From: Candidatus Magasanikiibacteriota bacterium
GTDB taxonomy: Bacteria > Patescibacteriota > Patescibacteriia > Magasanikbacterales > UBA922
Assembly (NCBI GenBank): GCA_003482855.1
Contig: DMXO01000005.1
Coordinates: 10,736 to 74,735 of the forward strand
Length of the DNA stretch: 64,000 nt
Direction of reading: 5' to 3'
Part shown: positions 55,557 to 64,000 of the stretch, in pieces
Layout of the letters: every line of letters begins with the position of its first letter
Numbering within the stretch: position 1 is the stretch's first letter
The notes under the pieces: generated by a model
What the model was told of the DNA's origin: nothing
The model's input: only the letters and a program-made list of their open reading frames with translations
The model's database searches: none
Translations under genes and position numbers: made by a program

Positions 55557-55988
55557 ATGGAATGTCTTGTTTTTTCTTCTGTACAACGTGTTGAATTTTC
55601 CCGCAAGAAAATTGAACACGTTGTTTTATTTGTACTGAAACAAGTAAAGATAAATGGCTCGGTGAGTGTTCATCTCATAGGTGACAAAAAGATGAGATCA
55701 CTCAATGCTACATACCGAGGAAAAGACAGTACTACTGATGTTTTGTCTTTTGCCATGGGAGATAATAAAGAGCGTATATATGGTGGAGAAGACGAGCTGG
55801 GAGATATATTTATCTCCATTCCACAGATTAGACGCCAGGCATCTACATATAGAGTTCCTTATGCACAAGAATTTACACGTATGCTCGTGCACGGAGTTTT
55901 GCACATTGTAGGGTTTGATCACATACATGAAACAGACGCACAAAAAATGTTTTCTTTGCAAGAACATCTTATAACAGAGTGCATATGA
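55557..55988 (+). CDS. ybeY: rRNA maturation endoribonuclease YbeY
   Basis: MR.LN..YRGKD..TDVLSF; LGDIFIS; HGVLHIVGFDH. Confidence 0.95.
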   Translation: MECLVFSSVQRVEFSRKKIEHVVLFVLKQVKINGSVSVHLIGDKKMRSLNATYRGKDSTTDVLSFAMGDNKERIYGGEDELGDIFISIPQIRRQASTYRVPYAQEFTRMLVHGVLHIVGFDHIHETDAQKMFSLQEHLITECI

Positions 55989-56359
55989 ATATCAAGAGAT
56001 TATTTCAAAGTTTTGTAAATGCATGGCGAGGGATCGTATTTACCTTTCGTCATGAACAAAATTTTAGAGTACAGCTTTTATTTTCTGTTATTGTTGTGAT
56101 AGGCATGTTTTTATTTCATCTGCGTTCGTATGAACGTATCGTTGTGCTTCTTTTGATAATACTGGTCATAGTCCTCGAATTGGTGAATACGACTATAGAA
56201 AAATTTCTTGATTTGATGAAGCCACGATTGCATACCCATGTGGAAGTGATAAAGGACGTGATGGCTGCTGCCGTACTTATTGCCTCGGTTGGTGCTTTGA
56301 TTATTGGATGTATTATTTTTATACCACATATTATAGTTGAGTTGTCAGTATTTTCATGA
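55985..56359 (+). CDS. dgkA: Diacylglycerol/undecaprenol kinase family
   Basis: SF.NA..GI......E.NFR; ELVNTTIE...D; IKDV.AAAVL; ATGA overlap with ybeY. Confidence 0.9.
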   Translation: MNIKRLFQSFVNAWRGIVFTFRHEQNFRVQLLFSVIVVIGMFLFHLRSYERIVVLLLIILVIVLELVNTTIEKFLDLMKPRLHTHVEVIKDVMAAAVLIASVGALIIGCIIFIPHIIVELSVFS

Positions 56360-56392
56360 TATACTGCTCATAGCATATATAGTATTTATAGT

Positions 56393-57652
56393 ATGGCGCG
56401 TAATAGGACATATACCGAAATAGTAACAGGCCTTGATGTAGGATCAAGCAGCGTTCGTGTTGCCGTAGGTCAGCTTGTGGTGTCAAAAGATCATCCACAA
56501 CAACTTCAAATTGTTAGTTCGATCGAGGTGCCTTCTGAAGGTATACAAAAGGGCCAAATCACGAGTATTGAAGATACTGTTTCTGCTGTTTCCAATGCTT
56601 TGGAGCAGGCCGAAAAAATGGTGGGAGTTCCTATAGAACATGTCTGGGTTGGTGTTTCTGGTAACCAGATTATTTCACAAGAGAGTAAAGGAGTCATCGC
56701 AATATCTCGTACAGATGGGGAAGTTGCTGAAGAGGATATTGACCGGGCAGTAGATGCTGCAAAAGCGATATCTACGCCTCTTAATTATGAAATTTTACAT
56801 GTATTACCTCGCAGTTTTAGTGTGGATGGACAAACAGGAATCAAAGACCCGGTAGGGATGACAGGCATACGACTTGAAGTGGATACGAAGATAATTCATA
56901 GTGTAACATCTCATATAAAGAATTTGAGTAAAGTAGTATATCGCGCTGGAGTGGATATAGATGATTTTGTGTTGTCTATATTGGCTGCAGGAGAGGTAGT
57001 GATCAACAGCCGACAAAAAGAGCTGGGATGCGTAGTGGTAAATATTGGCGGTCCTACGACGAGCATGGTTGTATATGAAGATGGAGATGTTCTTCATACA
57101 TCAGTCATACCTATTGGTTCGTCTCATATTACCAATGATTTGGCTCTGGGGCTCAAGACATCTATTGATGTGGCTGAGAGAGTCAAAAAGGAATATGGTG
57201 AATGTGTGAGTAGGGGCATCAATAAAAAAGAAATTGTTGATTTGAAGGATGTTGGTGCAGATAAATCAGAAATAGTGACCAGATATTATATTGCTCAAAT
57301 TATTGAAGCACGCGTGTCTGAAATTCTTGAAAAAGTTGATGAAGAACTTGCGTCTATTGAACGTAGCAATATGTTGCCCGCAGGAGCTGTTTTCATAGGA
57401 GGCGGTTCAAAAGTAAATGGCATTATAGATATAGCTAAGCAAGTGCTTTCGTTGCCTGCCCAGCTTGGGTATCCGCTCGGTGTAGATAGTATATCAGACA
57501 AGATAAGTGATATCTCATTTGCGCCAGCTATAGGATTGGTAAAGTGGGGGAGCGCGTTAACACACGATGGAAAGCGTAAACCATTTATGTCGAATTTTAA
57601 GGGGAAGATGAGTGATAGAGTTAAAGGGATTTTCAAGAGTCTCATACCATAG
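56393..57652 (+). CDS. ftsA: Cell division protein FtsA
   Basis: GLDVGSS; ILHVLP..F.VDG...IKDP.GM.G.RLE; ITNDLA..L; AE.VK..YG; GGGS. Confidence 0.96.
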   Translation: MARNRTYTEIVTGLDVGSSSVRVAVGQLVVSKDHPQQLQIVSSIEVPSEGIQKGQITSIEDTVSAVSNALEQAEKMVGVPIEHVWVGVSGNQIISQESKGVIAISRTDGEVAEEDIDRAVDAAKAISTPLNYEILHVLPRSFSVDGQTGIKDPVGMTGIRLEVDTKIIHSVTSHIKNLSKVVYRAGVDIDDFVLSILAAGEVVINSRQKELGCVVVNIGGPTTSMVVYEDGDVLHTSVIPIGSSHITNDLALGLKTSIDVAERVKKEYGECVSRGINKKEIVDLKDVGADKSEIVTRYYIAQIIEARVSEILEKVDEELASIERSNMLPAGAVFIGGGSKVNGIIDIAKQVLSLPAQLGYPLGVDSISDKISDISFAPAIGLVKWGSALTHDGKRKPFMSNFKGKMSDRVKGIFKSLIP

Positions 57653-57869
57653 AATATTGGTTATATTGTTTTGTAGCGTATATATACGTCTAAAAGACGT
57701 TTTTTTGTTATTTATTATGGTACACACTTTATAGTGCTTGACACTCTTGGCCAAAACTTATAAACTATGAGTATTGAATACATATATTTTCCAAATACTA
57801 TTTATTTGAATACAGATTGTGTTCAAATAAATATCTAGGGAGTTGACTTTACACTTAGAATAAAAACGT

Positions 57870-59108
57870 ATGCCACAAATAAAACCAGATGTCGAAACAT
57901 TCGCTAAGATAAAAGTTGTAGGTGTGGGAGGATCAGGAGGTTCAGCAGTCAATAGGATGGTCGAAAGTCGCATACGCGGTGTTGATTTTTTGGCATTGAA
58001 TACAGACGTACAGGCCCTTCACCACAATAGTGCCCAAAAGAAATTGCATATTGGTAAGACAGTCACCCGTGGGCTTGGGGCCGGTATGGATCCAGACAAA
58101 GGCAAACGAAGCGCGGAAGAAGCACAAAATGAAATTAGAGAAGCACTCAAAGATACTGACATGATTTTTATTACATGTGGACTTGGTGGTGGCACAGGAT
58201 CAGGAGCGGCCCCTGTCGTGGCAGAGATAGCTCGCGATATGGGTATACTCACGGTAGCTGTAGTGACGAAGCCATTTTCTTTTGAAGGTCCACAACGAAA
58301 AATGATCGCTGATAGGGCATATGAAGAATTAGTGAGAAGTGTAGACACTATCATTACTATACCCAATGATCGAATTCTTCAAATTATTGACAAGAAGACA
58401 TCACTCCTTGATGCATTCAAGATTGTGGATGATGTTCTGCGTCAAGGTGTGCAGGGTATTTCTGAGTTGATCACGGTTCCAGGTCTTATCAATGTCGATT
58501 TTGCTGATGTAAAGACTATTATGAGTGATACAGGATCTGCGCTTATGGGTATAGGTGTTGGCACAGGAGACAATCGTGCAGTCGAAGCAGCCAAAGCTGC
58601 TATATCAAGTCCGCTTTTGGAAATATCTATTGACGGAGCGCGCGGTATTTTATTCACTATTACTGGTGGCACTAGTCTTGGTATGCAAGAAGTCGCAGAA
58701 GCAGCAAAAGTTATCACAAGTTCAGCTGATGACAATGTACAGGTAATCTTTGGTGCTGTAGTGGATGAACATATGGGCGAAGATGTGAGGGTTACTGTTG
58801 TTGCAACTGGATTTGAAGATCGTGAGCGAGAAAGTGTTGTCAATGCTGATTCAAAGAATGCTGGGCTTGATGTATTTACTGCAAAACGCCCTAAATTTAA
58901 ATCAAATTTATTTACCAAACGTCATGAGATGCCTGAGGAAGAAAAAGAAGAAGCGCCACAGCCACCGGTTGCTACATTTACGAGAAAATCAGTTGGTAAT
59001 GATATGTTTCAATCTACTATTCCACAGACGCCAAAGATTCCATCTGCGTCAGAAGAAGATGACGACTTAGAAATTCCAGCATTTATCCGTAAGAAAATGG
59101 GAATGTAA
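57870..59108 (+). CDS. ftsZ: Cell division protein FtsZ
   Basis: GVGGSG; GLGGGTGSG tubulin motif; INVDFADV; C-terminal LEIPAFIRK. Confidence 0.99.
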   Translation: MPQIKPDVETFAKIKVVGVGGSGGSAVNRMVESRIRGVDFLALNTDVQALHHNSAQKKLHIGKTVTRGLGAGMDPDKGKRSAEEAQNEIREALKDTDMIFITCGLGGGTGSGAAPVVAEIARDMGILTVAVVTKPFSFEGPQRKMIADRAYEELVRSVDTIITIPNDRILQIIDKKTSLLDAFKIVDDVLRQGVQGISELITVPGLINVDFADVKTIMSDTGSALMGIGVGTGDNRAVEAAKAAISSPLLEISIDGARGILFTITGGTSLGMQEVAEAAKVITSSADDNVQVIFGAVVDEHMGEDVRVTVVATGFEDRERESVVNADSKNAGLDVFTAKRPKFKSNLFTKRHEMPEEEKEEAPQPPVATFTRKSVGNDMFQSTIPQTPKIPSASEEDDDLEIPAFIRKKMGM

Positions 59109-59131
59109 GTCAATTCATACACAGTATATAA

Positions 59132-59160
59132 AAAAGTCCTCTCAATTTGAGAGGACTTTT
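59132..59160 (+). terminator. Terminator after ftsZ
   Basis: aaaagtcctctca-att-tgagaggactttt. Confidence 0.85.
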
Positions 59161-59227
59161 CTTATATGCAGGTGAATGATATACTAGATGTGCTCTATAT
59201 TTAACTGAAGTTTTTTGCTTAATCAAT

Positions 59228-59686
59228 ATGTATTGTCCAGTTTGTCGTTCAAAAGAGACAAAAGTGGTGGATTCTCGCGTAACACACGAAGGCACCATGA
59301 TCCGCAGGAGACGAGAGTGTGTTACTTGCCAATATCGTTTTTCTACAGTCGAAGAAATGGAACTTCTCGATATTGTGGTAGTAAAGAATGACGGACGCAG
59401 GGAATCATATTCACGCACTAAGTTGGAACGCGGTATTATACATTCTCTTGCCAAAAGACCTTATACCCAAGATTTTTTTGATCGGATGATTCATGGTATT
59501 GAACGTGATATTTACAAAAAAAATAAGCGAGAAATTACCAGCAGAGAAATAGGTGAGATCGTCATGAAGCATTTGCGTAAGTTTGATAAGGTAGCATATA
59601 TTAGATTTGCATCCATTTACCGCGCTTTTGAAGATGTGAATAAATTTCAAAAAGAAGTGCGTTCACTACAAAAAAAAACCAAATAA
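59228..59686 (+). CDS. nrdR: Transcriptional repressor NrdR
   Basis: MYCPVC...TKVVDSR...IRRRREC..C..RFST.E; ATP cone; D.VAYIRFASIYR.F. Confidence 0.97.
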   Translation: MYCPVCRSKETKVVDSRVTHEGTMIRRRRECVTCQYRFSTVEEMELLDIVVVKNDGRRESYSRTKLERGIIHSLAKRPYTQDFFDRMIHGIERDIYKKNKREITSREIGEIVMKHLRKFDKVAYIRFASIYRAFEDVNKFQKEVRSLQKKTK

Positions 59687-59706
59687 TATATTAACTTTGT
59701 GATTTT

Positions 59707-60177
59707 ATGTCTCAGCATACACATAAGAAGCATGAGTCTCCAGAGGAGGCAATGCCCCAAAAGACAGTAGGTGATGAAGAAAAACACGGCATAGATATCC
59801 AACAAAATTCTGCCACGATAAACGATTCTTCACAGACACACGGAGAATTAAAGGATTTGATTGAAAAAAATATCAAATGGTCGCAGGTTATCTATAACCA
59901 AAATAAGAAAATAAAGCATCGTCTCACGCTCATGGTTGTTGGAAGCTATCTACGTCTCGTCCTTATTCTGGCCCCTATTATTCTTGGTATTATTTATCTG
60001 CCCCCGCTTCTCAATAATTTATGGAATCAATATAGTGATTCGCTTGGTTTGCAAGGAGTCTCTTTTTCAGAAATATCAGATTTGTTGAAAACACGCACAG
60101 GTGGCACGCAAATACAAATTGATGCTAACCAGTTGCAAGAATTATTGAAACAAAACACTCCAAATAATAGCAGGTAA
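59707..60177 (+). CDS. Hypothetical membrane protein
   Basis: Coiled segment LKDLIEKNIKWS followed by one TM (LILAPIILGIIYLPP). Confidence 0.75.
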   Translation: MSQHTHKKHESPEEAMPQKTVGDEEKHGIDIQQNSATINDSSQTHGELKDLIEKNIKWSQVIYNQNKKIKHRLTLMVVGSYLRLVLILAPIILGIIYLPPLLNNLWNQYSDSLGLQGVSFSEISDLLKTRTGGTQIQIDANQLQELLKQNTPNNSR

Positions 60178-60188
60178 AGTATATACGT

Positions 60189-60485
60189 ATGACGCCATTT
60201 CAAAAGTCTGTGTATCGTGCCACTATGCGGGTACCCAAAGGCAGCGTAACAACATATGGGCGTATCGCTAAGTCTATTGGTTCACTAGGAGCAGCTCGTG
60301 CAGTGGGCAATGTACTCAATAAAAATATTGATACAGTCCATATCCCATGCCATCGGGTGGTTTGTGCCAATGGGAAGGTTGGTGGCTATGTACATGGCCA
60401 AAGAGAAAAAATAAGGAAATTACGTCATGAGGGTGTCGTAATTAAAAAAGGACGCGTAGACGAGAGTCATATAATAGATGTATAA
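60189..60485 (+). CDS. MGMT/Ogt-family alkyltransferase (C-terminal domain only)
   Basis: T.FQ..VY.....VP.G.VTTYG.IA; ARAVG; IPCHRVV active site intact. Confidence 0.9.
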   Translation: MTPFQKSVYRATMRVPKGSVTTYGRIAKSIGSLGAARAVGNVLNKNIDTVHIPCHRVVCANGKVGGYVHGQREKIRKLRHEGVVIKKGRVDESHIIDV

Positions 60486-60491
60486 GATATA

Positions 60492-60519
60492 AAAATTAGC
60501 CAGTATGTTGGCTAATTTT
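60492..60519. terminator. Bidirectional terminator between convergent genes
   Basis: aaaattagcca-gtatgt-tggctaatttt. Confidence 0.8.
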
Positions 60520-60535
60520 GTTTGTATAGAGAGTT

Positions 60536-62794
60536 CTAATAATTGAATGTATATATTTTGTTGTCACTCAAGACAAATATACTTTTATCTTCTTCTGATA
60601 CTACCATATCTGATATATTATTCCACGCATCATTTGTATATTGACTTACGAAGTTTCCATCTTTGTCTATAATGACGACGCGTTTATTTGTTGGTTCTGC
60701 TATGTATATGCTATCTGTGTCCGCGTATGTCCATATATTTATTGGATTTTGGAGGACTGGGTCAAGACCAGTGATTGAGAAAGTTTGTTCAGTACTGGCA
60801 TAGAATTTGAAGATGGTCCCATCTGCATTGAGCACATAGATATCACCATCTACTGCGAGGGCAACTGCAGATGCAAGAGAATTTGTTTTTGAGGAAATCC
60901 AAGGAGTGCCGCGGTCATATCCTGTTTGTGTCGGGTTGTGTTTGTAGATTTGGTCTCGGTCTTTACTCAATGTGTATATCCGTTGGTTGTATATGGCAAG
61001 GTCAGTAATAGATGGATTGTCAGCATCGTACGAGATATCTTTGACTGACAAGGCGCGTGTTTCTTTGTTATATTCGACAATACTATTGGTATCCTTTATA
61101 AAAACAATTTTGTCATTTTCTTTTGGTACGTCGGCGCGTCCGATATGTTTGATAGTATCGTGCGATATAGTATCCAATTGTTTTGTAATTGGATCTACAC
61201 TGTAGAGAAAATCATCGTCAGGGCCAAATGCAATAATTTTGTCATCGAGATACGCTAAGTATAGCGCATGCGCCTGTGGGTTGGTTTGTGTTAGATCCGC
61301 AAGCATTTCTGTGTCGACCATTGTTATTTTTCTTAATTTTATAAGTAGACCATCTATCGTATCATACAATGTTCGTGCTTGGTTTTGGTCCTCTTCTTCT
61401 TTTTGGGGTAATGTATCCGCTAATCGCCGTGCTTCTTGTAATATACTGAGTGCCTTGTCTTCCTCCCCATAGAGTATGTGGGCTTCTGCCTCGTGTGTTT
61501 TTTCCTCAATGTTTTGGACAAGATTTGTATATTGAATTTGCTTCGCTTCACGATTTTCTTTTATTTTTATGTAGATTATACTACCCGCGAGGATCACTGC
61601 AAATACGATGAGCGCAATAAATAATACTCTGCTCACCATCCCCATGTTTTCTATTTGTTCTTGTTTTGTACGGACATACGACCTTGTTTTGTCTATGATG
61701 AGAGAGCGCTGTCCATTTCTATTGGTGATGAGGAAAAATAGATGGACCAGTATTGCCCCCATCCATAGTATTATTTTTTTTGCAACAAAATAAAAACCTG
61801 TGGCTATGACAACGATAGAGCGCCCGACCATAATAAGGATTTTTTCAGTCAGTTTTTCTTGAGGTTGTCCTTCAGATGGGCGATAATTTGTCTCCACTGC
61901 GCCGTGACGGATTTTTTTGGTAGTATCTTTGTTTCTCTTTTCTGCTTTTTGTGCTCGGGATGATCCGTGTTGCTTCAGACGTGATAGGAAATTCTGTGTA
62001 CCTTCTCTCACATGCTTGAGAAGAGGAGGCGAGAGGGTTTCTTCGGTTGTACGGGCTGTATTTAGAAAATTGTTCATTGAGGCCTGGGATCCTATATCTA
62101 CTGATTCTTTTTTGTATAGGGGAGTGTCTCGAGGTATTGTTTTTGGTATGTGAAACAATACACCTCCAAATGAATATTTGTTTGATAGACTTTCAAGTAC
62201 TTTGGTAATATGCGCAGTACTTTGTCGTGTTGTCCTGTTTTGGAGTATTTTGCGGACCCGATCAGAAGAGAAATAGTCGTCTACATGTGGTGTCGCAATA
62301 TATACGTAGTCACCGGCATTGATAACACCTTCTACGACGGCTGAGAAAAGCTGAGTGTGTGTGTCAGCACTTTCTTCTATAATTGAAGTTTCTTTTATTT
62401 CCTCATGAGACGCATAGTATAGTATGGCCTTGGGAGAACCATGATAGGCAAGTACGAGACGTCTATTTTGCAAGATACCGACAATAGAATGCACTACGCT
62501 ATTTGGGTAGTTGAGTACATGATGGCTTTGTTTGTTGATATCCTGGAGTATGTGTTCAAAAGTGTTTTCAGTAAAGTCATTTGTTTCATAATATTGACTT
62601 TCTATAGTATCGATGATTTCCTGAAGTTGTGTAATTTGCTCTGGGTGGTTATTCGTTACCTCTACTAGCGCAAAAAAATAACCCCGTTCTTTTTCTTCTT
62701 CGGTTACTGGCTCCGCGATATGGAGTAATACATGTGAAGCTTGTTGGTCACTTCCTTCTACAAAAAATTCTTGAATTTCCAATTTATTGTCCAT
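60536..62794 (-). CDS. Membrane protein with degenerate PP2C-like N-domain, TM segments, coiled coil and NHL/beta-propeller C-domain
   Basis: PP2C-like strand order (GYFFALVEV, LAYHG, GDYVYIAT); hydrophobic segments mid-protein; IYTL..., LAVDGDIYVL, IYIAEP.NKRVVIIDK.G blades; ATG at 62794 preferred. Confidence 0.7.
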   Translation of the reverse strand: MDNKLEIQEFFVEGSDQQASHVLLHIAEPVTEEEKERGYFFALVEVTNNHPEQITQLQEIIDTIESQYYETNDFTENTFEHILQDINKQSHHVLNYPNSVVHSIVGILQNRRLVLAYHGSPKAILYYASHEEIKETSIIEESADTHTQLFSAVVEGVINAGDYVYIATPHVDDYFSSDRVRKILQNRTTRQSTAHITKVLESLSNKYSFGGVLFHIPKTIPRDTPLYKKESVDIGSQASMNNFLNTARTTEETLSPPLLKHVREGTQNFLSRLKQHGSSRAQKAEKRNKDTTKKIRHGAVETNYRPSEGQPQEKLTEKILIMVGRSIVVIATGFYFVAKKIILWMGAILVHLFFLITNRNGQRSLIIDKTRSYVRTKQEQIENMGMVSRVLFIALIVFAVILAGSIIYIKIKENREAKQIQYTNLVQNIEEKTHEAEAHILYGEEDKALSILQEARRLADTLPQKEEEDQNQARTLYDTIDGLLIKLRKITMVDTEMLADLTQTNPQAHALYLAYLDDKIIAFGPDDDFLYSVDPITKQLDTISHDTIKHIGRADVPKENDKIVFIKDTNSIVEYNKETRALSVKDISYDADNPSITDLAIYNQRIYTLSKDRDQIYKHNPTQTGYDRGTPWISSKTNSLASAVALAVDGDIYVLNADGTIFKFYASTEQTFSITGLDPVLQNPINIWTYADTDSIYIAEPTNKRVVIIDKDGNFVSQYTNDAWNNISDMVVSEEDKSIFVLSDNKIYTFNY

Positions 62795-62850
62795 ATATAA
62801 AAACAAGACCTCTTTGACTTTTGGTGTCACTATTATTATACTATACTTCG

Positions 62851-62935
62851 TAAAAGCTTAAAAGGCCTGGGAGGTTTAAAAGTCTTGGGAAAGTCTTTTG
62901 AGCCTTTTAAGCTTCATAAGCCTTTTAAGTCTTTT
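62851..62935. repeat. 9-mer periodic inverted repeat in a divergent intergenic region
   Basis: aaaagctta-aaaggcctg-ggaggttta-aaag ... cttttgagc-cttttaagc-ttcataagc-cttttaagt. Confidence 0.65.
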
Positions 62936-62939
62936 CTAT

Positions 62940-63548
62940 ATGCTTGAACAACTATTTGGTTCAAAGACCAGATTGAAATTATTACGTGTCTTTTTTCGAG
63001 AGCCAGAACAATCTTTTTTTGTGCGTGAATTATCCCGCCATGTTGGCGTTCAGATCAATGCTATTCGTCGTGAGCTAGAATTACTTTTGAGACTTGATAT
63101 TATCCAAGAGAAAGAGGAAAAAAGAAAAAAAGAAGAAGTAGCAGAAACTGGCGAGGCAGGGGCGACACTACGTAGATATTACCAGCTCAACCCCGATTCT
63201 ATTATCTGTTCTGAACTTCAGGCGCTTTTGCTCAAAGATACGATTATAGATCAAAAAGAATTTATAAAAGAACTTGAAGAAAAAACTGGTGATATAAAAC
63301 TCCTTGTACTTACGGGGAGGTTTACGAGTGCCCAAAAGGCGCCAACAGACATACTTATTGTAGGGAAGATTAAACCTCGCGCCTTAGCCAAGATAGTTGA
63401 ACAATACGAAAAGAATCTTGGATTTGATATTAGATATACGGTCATGAGTAAGGATGAATTCACCGATCGCAGGTATGTGATGGATAAATTTATATATGGA
63501 GTTTTTGAAGCAGACCATTTGAAGGTGGTGAATGATTTAGGTGTCTGA
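62940..63548 (+). CDS. Winged-HTH plus degenerate Pol-beta-like nucleotidyltransferase domain protein
   Basis: LFGSKTR.KLL..F....FVREL.R....INA.RREL..L; VLTGRF....TDILIVG; IRYTVM...EF. Confidence 0.75.
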   Translation: MLEQLFGSKTRLKLLRVFFREPEQSFFVRELSRHVGVQINAIRRELELLLRLDIIQEKEEKRKKEEVAETGEAGATLRRYYQLNPDSIICSELQALLLKDTIIDQKEFIKELEEKTGDIKLLVLTGRFTSAQKAPTDILIVGKIKPRALAKIVEQYEKNLGFDIRYTVMSKDEFTDRRYVMDKFIYGVFEADHLKVVNDLGV

Positions 63549-63558
63549 GATACATAAG

Positions 63559-63703
63559 ATAAATAAAATCCGAAATTCTAAACTCTAAATCCGAAACAAA
63601 TTCAAACTATCAAAATCCTAATGTCCAAAAAACAATCGCGTTTAGAGTTTTGTTAATTTATATTTTGGTTATTGTTTAGGATTTCGAGCTTAGTGCTTAA
63701 TTT
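63559..63703. repeat. Heptamer-periodic palindromic element, family A copy 2
   Basis: aaatccg-aaattct-aaactct-aaatccg-aaacaaa-ttcaaac ... ttgtttaggatttcgagcttagtgcttaattt. Confidence 0.75.
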
Positions 63704-63708
63704 ATCTT

Positions 63709-64000
63709 ATGTATTTACTTATAGATATGTCTATTCGCGACAGCATTCATCTTGCTTTGTTTAATGCTGATTCGCGAGAAGATAAAGTATTTGAGGGTCG
63801 TAATCGCGAGCTTCTTTTTTGTATTGATCAACTAGTAAAAAGTAGAAAGTTAAAAGTAGAAAGTGAAGAAATAGAGGGGATTATAGTGGTAGTTGGCGCT
63901 GGGTCGTTTACGAGTACACGGATTGCATGTGTGGTGGCAAACACGTTTGCGTATGTAAAACAAATTCCACTGTTAGCTATTTTGATTGAACGGGTGGATC
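63709..64000 (+). CDS. tsaB: t6A biosynthesis protein TsaB (3'-truncated by window edge)
   Basis: Translated by hand: MYLLIDMS...LL..ID.L...I.VVVGAGSFTSTRI...VANT.A....IPL; frame is open to the window end. Confidence 0.85.
   Translation, partial: MYLLIDMSIRDSIHLALFNADSREDKVFEGRNRELLFCIDQLVKSRKLKVESEEIEGIIVVVGAGSFTSTRIACVVANTFAYVKQIPLLAILIERVD

Noticed and set aside
1-64000. CRISPR array or cas genes
   Set aside because: No 23-47 nt direct repeats with unique spacers were seen; the periodic repeats are 7-9-mers in inverted arrangement.
1-64000. UGA-to-Gly recoding (code 25, as in Gracilibacteria/Absconditabacteria)
   Set aside because: Genes up to 11.7 kb are open in the standard code, and TGA ends ybeY, dgkA and the HTH gene at expected positions.
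63709-64000. tsaB as a pseudogene because it is missing from the ORF track
   Set aside because: Manual translation shows an open frame running off the window end.

Overview
A gene-dense chromosomal segment, AT-rich (roughly 35-40% GC by spot counts) and read in the standard code, that looks like a Patescibacteria/CPR genome. This assignment is an inference from the spc operon lacking rpmD/L30, the mostly SD-less start sites, a PrgI-VirB4 T4SS-like cluster and T4SS-pilin-headed surface proteins. From left to right it holds: the distal spc operon (rplE to secY), adk, map, ruvX, recO, asnS and an m5C RNA methyltransferase; a T4SS-like locus (1587-aa VirB6-like, PrgI, VirB4, VirB8-like, comF); three Ser tRNAs; Hsp20, VanW, clpP, NrnA, smc, rpsP, khpA, tRNA-Val, tRNA-Ile, lepB, hisS and rpsU; a ~17 kb surface-protein operon (741-aa and 3891-aa pilin-headed adhesins plus three TSP3-repeat proteins); ybeY, dgkA, ftsA, ftsZ, nrdR and a partial tsaB. 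The most notable observations are: (1) a ~520-nt ORF-free, densely base-paired transcription unit with its own consensus promoter, boxA-like motif and terminator (27639-28195), a candidate undescribed large ncRNA; (2) an intact tRNA-Ser with the rare ACU anticodon directly behind a consensus promoter; (3) giant adhesins fused to T4SS-type pilin heads; (4) rpsU carrying an 8-nt SD in an otherwise largely SD-less window; (5) periodic 7/8/9-mer inverted-repeat elements, both between genes and in-frame inside housekeeping genes; (6) a high-GC thioredoxin-like lipoprotein gene with a structured leader. All calls come from reading the sequence by eye; no database searches or folding programs were run.
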